Source: Candidatus Obscuribacterales bacterium
GTDB taxonomy: Bacteria > Cyanobacteriota > Vampirovibrionia > Obscuribacterales > Obscuribacteraceae
Assembly (NCBI GenBank): GCA_965228855.1
Contig: CBDDIJ010000003.1
Span: 544,001 to 608,000, forward strand
Direction of reading: 5' to 3'
DNA: 64,000 nucleotides
Shown: positions 1-9,012 of the stretch, piece after piece
How positions within the stretch are numbered: position 1 is the stretch's first letter
Layout: each line of letters begins with the position of its first letter
Program-made: the position numbers and the translations under genes
Notes under the pieces: model-generated
What the model saw: only the letters and a program-made list of their open reading frames with translations
Databases searched by the model: none
What the model was told of the DNA's origin: nothing

Positions 1-2600
1 AGTTTCCATCGCGGTAATTTCTGTTGCGCGTTTTTCTGTTGCAAGTCGCTGAGCTTCTTTGTATTGGTCGAATGTGGTGCGGAGATCGCGAACTTCCTGG
101 TCGAGCCTCGCCTTGTCAGCGGTGTTCTGCTCAGTGGCTTTGTCTAGTTCGACCTGTTTCTCAGCTAGCTTAGTATTGAACTCCTCGACCTTCTGCTCGT
201 GCGCGATCTTCTCCGCCGACAGTTTTTCGTCTGCGCCAATTTTGTCTCTTTGTGCTGTTTCAAGTGCGCTGGTCAGGTCCGCTATTGTTTTGCTCTGTTC
301 CGCCGTCGAAGCTTTGGCTGATTCTGCTATCGAAAGATTTTCCTGCTTTGCTAGTTCGAGAGCTTTCGTAAGCTCGGCATTCCTAGTATCGGTAGCGGTG
401 CGCGCTCGTTCCGCGTCTGCTAGTTTCTCTTGATTGCCATCAAGCTTTGTTTTGGTGTCAGCCAGCTTCGTTTCGGTGTCAGCCAGTTTCGTCTCAGTAT
501 CAGTTAATTTCGTTTCGGTATCAGCTAGCTTCGTTCCTGCTTCAGTTAGTTTGGTTTCCGTATCGGTAAGTTTCGTTGCTGTTTCGCCGAGCTCGGTTTT
601 GAGGTTTGCTTCGCGTTGCTCTGCAGCGGTTCGCTCTCGCTGGGCGTCGGCAAGAGTGGTTTCCAACTCAGAAACTTTTTCTCTGGCTGATACTCCTTCG
701 GTTTTAGATTTTTGGAGAGCTGTTTCCAGTTCCGCAACTCTTGAATTGGAGGTATCAAGTTGTTTCGTGAGTTTCTCGGTTGTCTCCGCTTTGGCTGTTT
801 GCGCCTGCTCCAACTGGGTCGATAAGTCCGTAACGCGAGTTTCCAGCTCGGTAATTTCTTTTGCGCGTTTTTCTGTCGCAAGTCGCTGAGCTTCTTTGTA
901 TTGGTCGAAGGTGGTGCGGAGATCGCGAACTTCCTGGTCGAGCCTCGCCTTGTCAGCGGTGTTCTGCTCAGTGGCTTTGTCTAGTTCGACCTGTTTCTCA
1001 GCTAGCTTAGTATTGAACTCCTCGACCTTCTGCTCGTGCGCGATCTTCTCCGCCGACAGTTTTTCGTCTGCGCCAATTTTGTCTCTTTGTGCTGTTTCAA
1101 GTGCGCTGGTCAGGTCCGCTATTGTTTTGCTCTGTTCCGCCGTCGAAGCTTTGGCTGATTCTGCTATCGAAAGATTTTCCTGCTTTGCTAGTTCGAGAGC
1201 TTTCGTAAGCTCGGCATTCCTAGTATCGGTAGCGGTGCGCGCTCGTTCCGCGTCGGCTAGTTTCCTTTGATTGCCATCAAGCTTTGTTTCGGTGTCAGCC
1301 AGCTTCGTCTCAGTATCAGTCAATTTCGTTTCGGTATCAGCTAGCTTCGTTCCGGCTTCAATTAGTTTGGTTTCCGTATCGGTAAGTTTCGTTGCTGTTT
1401 CGCCGAGGTCTGTTTTGAGCTTTGCTTCGCGTTGCTCTGCAGCGGTTCGCTCTCTCTGGGCGTCGGCAAGAGTGTTTTCCAACTCAGAAACTTTTTCTTT
1501 GGCTGATGCTCCTTCGGTTTTAGATTTTTGGAGAGCTGTTTCCAGTTCCGCAACTCTTGAATTGGAGGTATCAAGTTGTTTCGTAAGTTTCTCGGTTGTC
1601 TCCGCTTTGGCTGTTTGCGCCTGCTCCAACTGGGTCGACAAGTCCGTAACGCGAGTTTCCAGCTCGGTAATTTCTGTTGCGCGTTTTTCTGCCGCGAGTC
1701 GCTGAGATTCTTTGTATTGGTCGAAGGTGGTGCGGAGGTCGCTTAGCTCCTGGTCGAGCTTCGCCTTGTCAGCGGTGTTCTGCTCGGTGGCTTTGCCCAG
1801 TTCGGCCTGTTTCTCAGCTAGCTTAGTATTGAACTCCTCGACCTTCTGCTCGTGCGCGACTTTCTCTGCCTCTAGCTTTTCGTCTGCGCCGAGTTTGTCT
1901 CTTTGAGCTGTTTCGAGTTCGCTGGTCAGGTCGGCTATAGCTTTGGTCTGCTCCGCCGTCGTGGCTTTAGCAGATTCCGTAATCGACAGATTTTCCTGCT
2001 TTGCCAGTTCGAGAGCCCTGGCAAGCTCGGAATTTTTAGTATCGGCAGTGGTGCGCGCTCGTTCTGCATCAGCTAGTTTCTTTTGATTGCCATCAAGCTT
2101 CGTTTCGGTGTCAGCTAGTTTCGTTTCGGTTTCAGCTAATTTCGTTTCAGTATCAGAGACCTTTTCTCTGGCTGATGCTGCTTCGGTTTCAGATTTATTG
2201 AGAGCTGTCTCCAGTTCCAAGACTTTTGAATTTGAGGCTTCAAGTTGATTCGTAAGTTTCTCAGTCGTCTCTGTTTTCGCGGTTTGCGCCTGCTCCAACT
2301 GGGTCGACAAGTCCGTAACGCGAGTTTCCAGCTCGGTAATTTCTGTTGCGCGTTTTTCTGCCGCGAGTCGCTGAGATTCTTTGTATTGGTCGAAGGTGGT
2401 GCGGAGGTCGCGTAGCTCCTGGTCGAGCTTCGCCTTGTCAGCGGTGTTCTGCTCGGTGGCTTTGTCCAGTTCGGCCTGTTTCTCAGCTAGCTTAGTATTG
2501 AACTCCTCGACCTTTTGCTCGTGTGCGACCTTCTCCGCCGTCAGTTTTTCGTCTGCGCCAAGTTTTTCCCTTTGAGCTGTATCAAGCGCTCTGGTCAATT
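1..2600. repeat. Intragenic tandem repeat, units of 837, 816 and 669 bp with nested 21-bp heptad arrays
   Basis: Anchor ttgtattggtcgaa recurs at 59, 896, 1712, 2381; nested 21-bp units encoding KL(A/T)DTET near 440-575, 1275-1392, 2095-2165. Confidence 0.95.
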
Positions 2601-4071
2601 CATCGATCTTTTGGGACTGATCCGATTTCACATCAATCGGCGAATTCTCTCTAGGTTTGCTTGTTTCCTCTTTGGAGTTTTCTGCCGGGTTCATTCGCTC
2701 AAAGGCCCATTTTGTTCCGCGCTGGATCAGTTTGTATCCGGCTCCGGCGAGCACCACGCCGATTAAGGCATTTTGGGCGAGTGATTTCAGGTCGCTATCA
2801 TTGAAACCTTTGGTTGCGTCTTCTGTTTCTGAGTTTGGTTCGGGAGTAGCAACGGCGTGCTCGGCGGCGTTTTTTTTCTCCGGTTCGCTTGATTGAATTG
2901 CATTTGTCTCGACGCCGAGCACCTTATCCGGTGCCTTCGCCTCCGGACCGTTTCCGTTTCGTTTCTCGAAGTGTTCGCGATACGCTTGCTGTTTGAGCCG
3001 ATTGAAGCTCTCAGTAAACTCCAATTCCGGACGCAGTTTTACAGCCTCCTTCAGAAGCGTTTGTCCTTTTGCTAGAAGTTGAGCATCCCCGGTCTTTATG
3101 TAAGCAAAGGCGACTTCTGAACGAATGTGCGCTGGTTCCATGTAACGTTGATAAGCGTCCCATTCTTTTTCTGCCGCTAGTGAACGTTTCTCGTACAATT
3201 TTGAGGTGTTGTGTCCGGCAGCGTTTTCTTGAACAATGGTGCGGTCTATAACAAGCCGGTCTCGGAATGTTTCCATTCGAAGATCTAGCAATGCGTCCGA
3301 ATTGGTTTTGTCGCTCTCTTGAATTGCTTTGTCAAAAAGATCAGTAGCACTGTTAATGCCTAATTTCTTTGCAGTTTCAAATCCAGTGGATAGTTGCTCT
3401 GCTGCAGCAGTGTTTCTTTCACCAGCATGGACGTTTGTTCTCTTCGGCGGAAGTTCGGGCTCTGCGGTGTAAGGGACCGACATCGTACGAGCCATTTTTT
3501 CGTATCCCGCGAGCAATCCGGTTTGAAACTCGCGGCTGAACTGCAATTCTGGTCGGCGTGATACTGCTTCTAGAAGCAGCTTTTCACCCGCTGCTATCTC
3601 TTTTGTTTGGCCCGAGCCAATTAAATCGAGACCAAAACTCGCCCGACTGGTCGCTGGCGACAAATAGTCCTGATACTTGTCCCAGTTAAGATGGTCCTGT
3701 AGTTGCTGTGCGTTGCGAATGAGGTTGGACAGCGGATCTTGGCGACCTGCTACCCGTGAGGAATTCAAATCCAAATCGATTTTGTCTTCTACACCGCGCT
3801 GAAAACCTGCAAGCAGCATCGGGTGATTTAGATCGTCGGACTTTTTGATTTGCTCGATCTTCTGATTTGCTGGCTCTTTTGGTGACGAGAGCTCGTCCAT
3901 CTGGTGTTGCCAAATTTCTGACGAAATGTCCTGCCATCGCGACCCGCCATTTGCAGTCGGACGAAAGTCTTCCGTCGCTTCCAAAAATGTAATGCTCTCT
4001 GCTTTGACAGGCGAGTAAGCATCGTTATTTCCCACTGAACTTGGGACGTTGGTGTTTTCGATTTTTGACAT
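1..4071 (-). CDS. Giant repetitive coiled-coil protein (at least 1357 aa, 3' end runs off the window; absent from the ORF track)
   Basis: Manual translation: ATG at 4071 (upstream in-frame stop 4135-4137). No in-frame stop found from 4071 to 2581 read codon by codon, nor in spot checks of the repeats, whose lengths are multiples of 3. Begins MSKIENTNVPSS; short hydrophobic ALIGVVLAGAGY near 2734-2769; then E/K/T/A/L-rich repeats such as KLADTETKLTDTET. Confidence 0.9.
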   Translation of the reverse strand, partial: MSKIENTNVPSSVGNNDAYSPVKAESITFLEATEDFRPTANGGSRWQDISSEIWQHQMDELSSPKEPANQKIEQIKKSDDLNHPMLLAGFQRGVEDKIDLDLNSSRVAGRQDPLSNLIRNAQQLQDHLNWDKYQDYLSPATSRASFGLDLIGSGQTKEIAAGEKLLLEAVSRRPELQFSREFQTGLLAGYEKMARTMSVPYTAEPELPPKRTNVHAGERNTAAAEQLSTGFETAKKLGINSATDLFDKAIQESDKTNSDALLDLRMETFRDRLVIDRTIVQENAAGHNTSKLYEKRSLAAEKEWDAYQRYMEPAHIRSEVAFAYIKTGDAQLLAKGQTLLKEAVKLRPELEFTESFNRLKQQAYREHFEKRNGNGPEAKAPDKVLGVETNAIQSSEPEKKNAAEHAVATPEPNSETEDATKGFNDSDLKSLAQNALIGVVLAGAGYKLIQRGTKWAFERMNPAENSKEETSKPRENSPIDVKSDQSQKIDELTRALDTAQREKLGADEKLTAEKVAHEQKVEEFNTKLAEKQAELDKATEQNTADKAKLDQELRDLRTTFDQYKESQRLAAEKRATEITELETRVTDLSTQLEQAQTAKTETTEKLTNQLEASNSKVLELETALNKSETEAASAREKVSDTETKLAETETKLADTETKLDGNQKKLADAERARTTADTKNSELARALELAKQENLSITESAKATTAEQTKAIADLTSELETAQRDKLGADEKLEAEKVAHEQKVEEFNTKLAEKQAELGKATEQNTADKAKLDQELSDLRTTFDQYKESQRLAAEKRATEITELETRVTDLSTQLEQAQTAKAETTEKLTKQLDTSNSRVAELETALQKSKTEGASAKEKVSELENTLADAQRERTAAEQREAKLKTDLGETATKLTDTETKLIEAGTKLADTETKLTDTETKLADTETKLDGNQRKLADAERARTATDTRNAELTKALELAKQENLSIAESAKASTAEQSKTIADLTSALETAQRDKIGADEKLSAEKIAHEQKVEEFNTKLAEKQVELDKATEQNTADKARLDQEVRDLRTTFDQYKEAQRLATEKRAKEITELETRVTDLSTQLEQAQTAKAETTEKLTKQLDTSNSRVAELETALQKSKTEGVSAREKVSELETTLADAQRERTAAEQREANLKTELGETATKLTDTETKLTEAGTKLADTETKLTDTETKLADTETKLADTKTKLDGNQEKLADAERARTATDTRNAELTKALELAKQENLSIAESAKASTAEQSKTIADLTSALETAQRDKIGADEKLSAEKIAHEQKVEEFNTKLAEKQVELDKATEQNTADKARLDQEVRDLRTTFDQYKEAQRLATEKRATEITAMET

Positions 4072-4251
4072 ACGCACAATAAGCTCTATCTGACGAAGGG
4101 GGAGGAGCGTCAGCAAATCATCGTACGAATCTATTCAATCGCTTCTAATTTTGGACAGGGAAAACGCGAAAATGTCGATTCTGCTTGTGATATTGAAAAT
4201 CACCCTGGATTGATTTTGTCATGTTTATCCATCAATATCGACTGAAGTCGA

Positions 4252-4554
4252 GTGGGGGAGCGGTTTAATCTGAAGTCACAAAAAAGCCACGTCGCCGTAG
4301 GAAAGTATTCTCGGAAGTTTCCCAGGAGACCGCACGCCTTGAAGAGGGTATCGGAACCGCCAAGCATATTTAATTTCACAGGCGATCAGTTGCCTGACTC
4401 GGAGAGCCCGGGAGAGGGCGCCGATATGTATTACACTCTCTGGCATCGCCAAAAGTCGGAGCTGGTAGCCCTGCGATTCTTGGTTATGATGCAATTGTTA
4501 GGTATTTTTGTCTTATCTATAACTATCGGATGCTTGTTGTTTCGCGGCTATTAA
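4252..4554 (+). CDS. Possible small membrane protein, start uncertain
   Basis: ORF fills the gap between two minus-strand genes and ends in a hydrophobic stretch (LLGIFVLSITIGCLLF); no family recognised. Confidence 0.3.
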   Translation: MGERFNLKSQKSHVAVGKYSRKFPRRPHALKRVSEPPSIFNFTGDQLPDSESPGEGADMYYTLWHRQKSELVALRFLVMMQLLGIFVLSITIGCLLFRGY

Positions 4555-4565
4555 CGATTCACGAG

Positions 4566-5420
4566 TTATTCACTGATGATTTCAAACAGCTTCAAGTCTC
4601 CACGAAGGTCTGTTACCGTCTGATACCGGTCTTCCGGCTTCTTCTCCAAGCATCGCATGATGATAAGTTGAAGTTCCTGCGGAATGTTAGTTGCGCTGGC
4701 AGCCCGTGCAAATGGCGTCGGAGCTGTTTTTACTTGCTTGGTCATTGTGTCTCGTGGCGTGGCTCCGGCAATCGGGGCAAGACCTGTCAAGGCGCGAAAC
4801 ATGACACAGCCCAGCGAATAGATGTCGGAGCGCGAGTCGACATGCGCGGCCATGCATTGCTCTGGGCTCATGTAGGCAGGTGTTCCGGTTACGTAGCCCT
4901 CTAGAGTGACCTTCTCTGCTTTAGCTTTTTCCGGGTCAGCCGGCAGCGCTAGCCCGAAGTCTACAAGTTTTACCGTCTCCGGTTTTCCGTCCTGTGGAAC
5001 TAGCATAATGTTGGCGGGTTTCAGATCGCGGTGAACTATGCCCTGGTTATGCAAATGTTCTAGTGCATCGCAAGCCTGGCGGAAGATGTTGATGCTACGC
5101 GCAACGCTAAGATTGCCTTCTGACCGAATGGTTTTTCGCAGGGTATCTCCGTCGACGAGCTCCATTACCAGATAGTGTTCACCACCTGTGGTGCTGCCCA
5201 GATCGTAGACTTGAACCACATTGGGATGACTGAGTTTACTGGCTGCGCGCATTTCTCGTTGAAAGCGCTGGACATCTCGCTCGTCTTGACTGCTGAGAAT
5301 TTTGATTGCAAACGGCTTTTCATCGTCCAGTTTGATTGCTTTATAGACAACCCCAAGGTGCCCTCGACCGAGTTCCTCGATTAGTTTATATCTTTCCGAA
5401 ATTAGACTGTTTAACAACAA
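4566..5420 (-). CDS. Hanks-type Ser/Thr protein kinase, stand-alone catalytic domain
   Basis: GRGHLG Gly-loop, FAIK, HRDLKPAN, DFG, GTPAYMSPE, SDIYSLG; no TM segment. Confidence 0.95.
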   Translation of the reverse strand: MLLNSLISERYKLIEELGRGHLGVVYKAIKLDDEKPFAIKILSSQDERDVQRFQREMRAASKLSHPNVVQVYDLGSTTGGEHYLVMELVDGDTLRKTIRSEGNLSVARSINIFRQACDALEHLHNQGIVHRDLKPANIMLVPQDGKPETVKLVDFGLALPADPEKAKAEKVTLEGYVTGTPAYMSPEQCMAAHVDSRSDIYSLGCVMFRALTGLAPIAGATPRDTMTKQVKTAPTPFARAASATNIPQELQLIIMRCLEKKPEDRYQTVTDLRGDLKLFEIISE

Positions 5421-5588
5421 TAGTCCTCATCGCTCCTAATTTTGAATACCCGGCTGCTAAATTCAACAAACTTCTTTTCCAGACTTCTGTCAATCTGGAA
5501 CAATGTTCTGGAAGCACCTCTTTGGTCGCACTAAGTGACGAGCCAGATGTGATGCAGGAGACTTTCGAATCCAGTGAGGGAGAGGTTG

Positions 5589-6311
5589 ATGCCGCGCGTG
5601 CCGAAGTCAAAAAATGACCGTGATATTGTCGATTACGTCCAAGCAGAACTTGCAAAGGTTGCCGACAAATCCAAGGCTCCCGAGATGCAGACCTATATGA
5701 AAACAGATATGCCGTTCTACGGCGTTCAGAAGCCAGATCGAGTACCAATTATTCGCGGTATGAAGGCGAATTTCCGCCCGGCGAGTCGTTCGGAGTACGA
5801 GCAAACGATTCGTCGCCTCTGGGACCTGCCTCACCGAGAGGAAAAATATCTTGCTCTGAACTACGCATGCGATTTTGTCTCGCTTGCTGAGCCGAAAACG
5901 CTTGTGCTGTTCGAGGCGCTGGTTCGTGAAGGCAGCTGGTGGGACTTCGTTGACGTAATTGCAGGTCACCTGGTCGGCGCTATTTACCTTAAATATCGCA
6001 ATGAAATAGAGCAACACATGGACAATTGGATAGCAGATGACGATTTCTGGATTCGAAGAACTGCCATCCTGAGCCAGATGAAGCATAAAAAGTCTACCGA
6101 CGCCAAACGTTTATTCGCCTATTGTCTCGCTCAGGCTGGCGAGAAGGAGTTTTTTATTCGAAAAGCTATTGGCTGGGCACTTCGCGAGTATAGTTATGCG
6201 GAGCCCGCGGCCGTCAAGAAATTTTTGCTTGCCAATAAGAATCGTTTGTCGCCTTTAAGTTTCAAGGAGGGTGCCAAGCATCTTGTCAAAGTTGGAGTTA
6301 TGGATGCTTGA
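5589..6311 (+). CDS. alkD: DNA alkylation repair protein (AlkD-like glycosylase family)
   Basis: YMK..FYGV, REEKY, WWDFVD, W.RR, EFFIRKAIGWALREY motifs; ATG 5589 follows GAGGGAGAGG. Confidence 0.85.
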   Translation: MPRVPKSKNDRDIVDYVQAELAKVADKSKAPEMQTYMKTDMPFYGVQKPDRVPIIRGMKANFRPASRSEYEQTIRRLWDLPHREEKYLALNYACDFVSLAEPKTLVLFEALVREGSWWDFVDVIAGHLVGAIYLKYRNEIEQHMDNWIADDDFWIRRTAILSQMKHKKSTDAKRLFAYCLAQAGEKEFFIRKAIGWALREYSYAEPAAVKKFLLANKNRLSPLSFKEGAKHLVKVGVMDA

Positions 6312-6441
6312 AGGCTCCAGTCGTGTATCATGGGTAACCATTAACAATCATCGGTTTAAAATTGACGTTTCATTTACTACCGTTTGTTGTTGAATTCGAG
6401 TGTGGCATAAAGAATGCCTGAGAATCATAAGGAGTAAGACG

Positions 6442-7110
6442 ATGAACCTTTCGGCAAAAAATGTTTTCCAGGGCATTCCCTTGATCATGTGTTTTGCTCT
6501 TTTAAACGCTTCGCCAGCGTCAGCACAGGTCGCAGGCGCAGACCAGGGCATTTTCAGTGATGAAGAACAGATGCTGCGAATCAATAATTCTCAGGTTCAA
6601 CAGTATCAATCGCAAATGGCACAGGCTGAGCGTGATTTGAACTCTGAAGAAGCGAAAAATGAGACCTATCGTCTCTACGCGCAGAAAAAAGTGACGGATC
6701 TGTCGAAGTCCGTCGCCACTGCAGCTGGTGCTAAGAAATCTGAAGATCAACAACAGCTTCAGTTTTTCAAAGATTGGTTGAAGCGCGATCAAGATTACAA
6801 GGCTAGACAAACAGCCTATATCAATCAGCTTCAGCAGACCATCAACAATCTACAACGTGGACAGCAAACAACACTGTCGAATCTTGGTTCTGACATCACC
6901 GCGATGCGCGAAACGGTTCAAGACAAAAAAGACGCGCAGAAGTTCAATCAAATGATGCAAATGAACTACTTCAACGAGCTGCAAAGCGAGATGGGGGCTG
7001 CGACCTGGGGAAGACCTCCGCAAGATGGCACGTTCAACAGCACAGGCGGCTACGGTATGATGGGTGGTTATGGTTACAGTATGGGTGGTGGACGTCGCAA
7101 CTACTGGTAA
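6442..7110 (+). CDS. Secreted Gln-rich coiled-coil hypothetical protein with Gly/Tyr/Met-rich tail
   Basis: AAGGAG RBS before ATG 6442; signal peptide ending ASA-Q; tail GGYGMMGGYGYSMGGG. Confidence 0.7.
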   Translation: MNLSAKNVFQGIPLIMCFALLNASPASAQVAGADQGIFSDEEQMLRINNSQVQQYQSQMAQAERDLNSEEAKNETYRLYAQKKVTDLSKSVATAAGAKKSEDQQQLQFFKDWLKRDQDYKARQTAYINQLQQTINNLQRGQQTTLSNLGSDITAMRETVQDKKDAQKFNQMMQMNYFNELQSEMGAATWGRPPQDGTFNSTGGYGMMGGYGYSMGGGRRNYW

Positions 7111-7128
7111 ACGAATCGAAACGGTTCG

Positions 7129-9012
7129 CTAATCCTCATCATCTAATGAAAGCTCACCGGCCCTGGTTATTGCCAGGGCCGTTTTTATGAGTCCAGGCGG
7201 CCCATTTTCGTAAACCAGATAACTTGCTTTCCAAATTGGACTGAACTTGTTCTTATACTGCCGCAATCCCTTGTAAGAGAAAAACCGATTCATGTGTTCG
7301 TAAATCTGATGAATCGCGCGTTCTTCCATACTGGCACCCGGTTGATCGCCAACGCCTGACAAAGCCGCCAGTCCAAGGCTAAATGTTTCAAAGCCATCTT
7401 CTTTTAATGCCGTCAGTAACTTGGTAAACAAATAATCCATTGTTCCATTGGGGACATCTTCGTTATGGCGCATCATGTCGATTGATGCTTCTCCTGGTCC
7501 ATACGAGGGAACCTGATTTACAAATGCAATGACGTCTTTTTGCGGATTCTTCAAGACGAAGAGAATGTCTTTCTCGACTTCTTCTCTGTCAAACCATCCG
7601 AGACTGAAACCGCGTTCGCGTCTTCCAGGCAAAGAGAGCCAGGCATCAGACACGCGTTGAACAGTGTCAACTAATTCTCTGGAATGTGGCGGTGCAAGCC
7701 TCTCTAAGACGTAGCCCTCCTTGTCGAATTTCTTGACCTTCGATTTGAAGTTTTTGCCCTTGCTTGTATCCATTGCGAACTTATTTAAATCAACAATCGC
7801 TTCTTCGCCGACCTTCAACACCTCCAAGCCGAGCTTTTCATAAAGCTCCACGTTATCCGGTTTGACTTGAAGAAACGCCATCGACCAATCGTTATTCTTG
7901 CAGAATGTATGAAACTGTTTTGTTACTCTCTCCAGTTCTTCAGGAGGACCTACCGGATCTCCCAGTCCTATTGCCACATTGAGAACGGTTTTGTAAGCAA
8001 TAAAACTGTTTCCATCTTGCAAAAAAAAGTAAGACTTGTCTGACAAAATTTTGTAGTGATCGAGCGCATCTTTACCATATTGCTTCAGAAGTGAGTGGGC
8101 GCGTTCTCGTTCTCTTGGATGAGTAGATAGTTGGTATTGAATTGGTCTGAACACGCTGTACACAGCAAAAGCTGCAGCCAAGCCGCCGATTATGTGCAGC
8201 GAGTTTATGAACCATCGAGCTGATGCGCTTCGAGCGACAAGGTCTGGGTTGCCGATGAAAAAGAGCTCTCTAAGCGAACGGGATAGCGCTTCGCTCAGTT
8301 GAAAGTTCAAACCGAAGTCATGTTTCTCCAGTAAGAAGAAACCGATCGTGCCGTATGCGATAGCAAGAATCACACTTAGCAGGATCTTGCGTATCCCCGT
8401 TCTTAAGCGATGCGATTCGCTCAAGACCGTGAATTGTTTTTTGTAAATTAACAGAAGCACCACAGTTAGTATCGGAACTAGAAGCGTCAGAAGAGGAATG
8501 CTTTCGCTTACGTCAGGATCTGGGATGAATTTGATCCGCTCCGCACCTATACGAGCAATGTGCAGCAGCGCCGAGCCGGCGGACATTGCGACTGATGCGT
8601 ACCAGGCGTTTCTCTTCCGCTTGAATAGATTAATCGAGAGGTAGATGAGAAACAAACCAAAGGCTACATGCAATGATTTACTGAAGTGGTAGTAATCGGT
8701 AGTGACCAGCACCGAGAATAAGCGTGGGTGCTCAGCAAGACGAGCGGCGAGAGGTTGGATGGCTGCGACTAATCCGCTGATTAGAGTAAAACTGGCTACC
8801 AGGTTGACCGGCCAGCGGCTGGGATAGAAGCGTTTGATGTCCTCTTCCGATAACGCATGACCGGACGCCGGAAGAGGGTTGAAAGCGACATCAGGTGTGT
8901 CATCGCCATCCTGAGCCTCCGAAGCACCAGGTGCTTGCTCAGGGGGGCTGTGAGCGGCTTCTAATTTGTCCGCCGATTCGTCATCGGTTTTATTTTGCGA
9001 GTTCTGATCCAT
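7129..9012 (-). CDS. Aminoacyl-phosphatidylglycerol synthase (MprF/LysX-like: TM region plus DUF2156 transferase domain)
   Basis: About 6 TM helices then DKSYFF, LGDPVG, KVGEEAIVDL, ERGFSLG, IDMMR..PNGTMDYL, SLGLAAL, GLRQYKNKF.P.W. Confidence 0.9.
   Translation of the reverse strand: MDQNSQNKTDDESADKLEAAHSPPEQAPGASEAQDGDDTPDVAFNPLPASGHALSEEDIKRFYPSRWPVNLVASFTLISGLVAAIQPLAARLAEHPRLFSVLVTTDYYHFSKSLHVAFGLFLIYLSINLFKRKRNAWYASVAMSAGSALLHIARIGAERIKFIPDPDVSESIPLLTLLVPILTVVLLLIYKKQFTVLSESHRLRTGIRKILLSVILAIAYGTIGFFLLEKHDFGLNFQLSEALSRSLRELFFIGNPDLVARSASARWFINSLHIIGGLAAAFAVYSVFRPIQYQLSTHPRERERAHSLLKQYGKDALDHYKILSDKSYFFLQDGNSFIAYKTVLNVAIGLGDPVGPPEELERVTKQFHTFCKNNDWSMAFLQVKPDNVELYEKLGLEVLKVGEEAIVDLNKFAMDTSKGKNFKSKVKKFDKEGYVLERLAPPHSRELVDTVQRVSDAWLSLPGRRERGFSLGWFDREEVEKDILFVLKNPQKDVIAFVNQVPSYGPGEASIDMMRHNEDVPNGTMDYLFTKLLTALKEDGFETFSLGLAALSGVGDQPGASMEERAIHQIYEHMNRFFSYKGLRQYKNKFSPIWKASYLVYENGPPGLIKTALAITRAGELSLDDED

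Noticed and set aside
59..2575. Repeated Ser/Val-rich plus-strand ORFs (MYWS..., MPSSFV...)
   Set aside because: Antisense shadows of the minus-strand coiled-coil gene, broken by stops and starting at TTG.
1..2600. Repeat region as a CRISPR array or mobile element
   Set aside because: Repeats are contiguous, in frame and coding, with no unique spacers, terminal repeats, cas genes or transposase.
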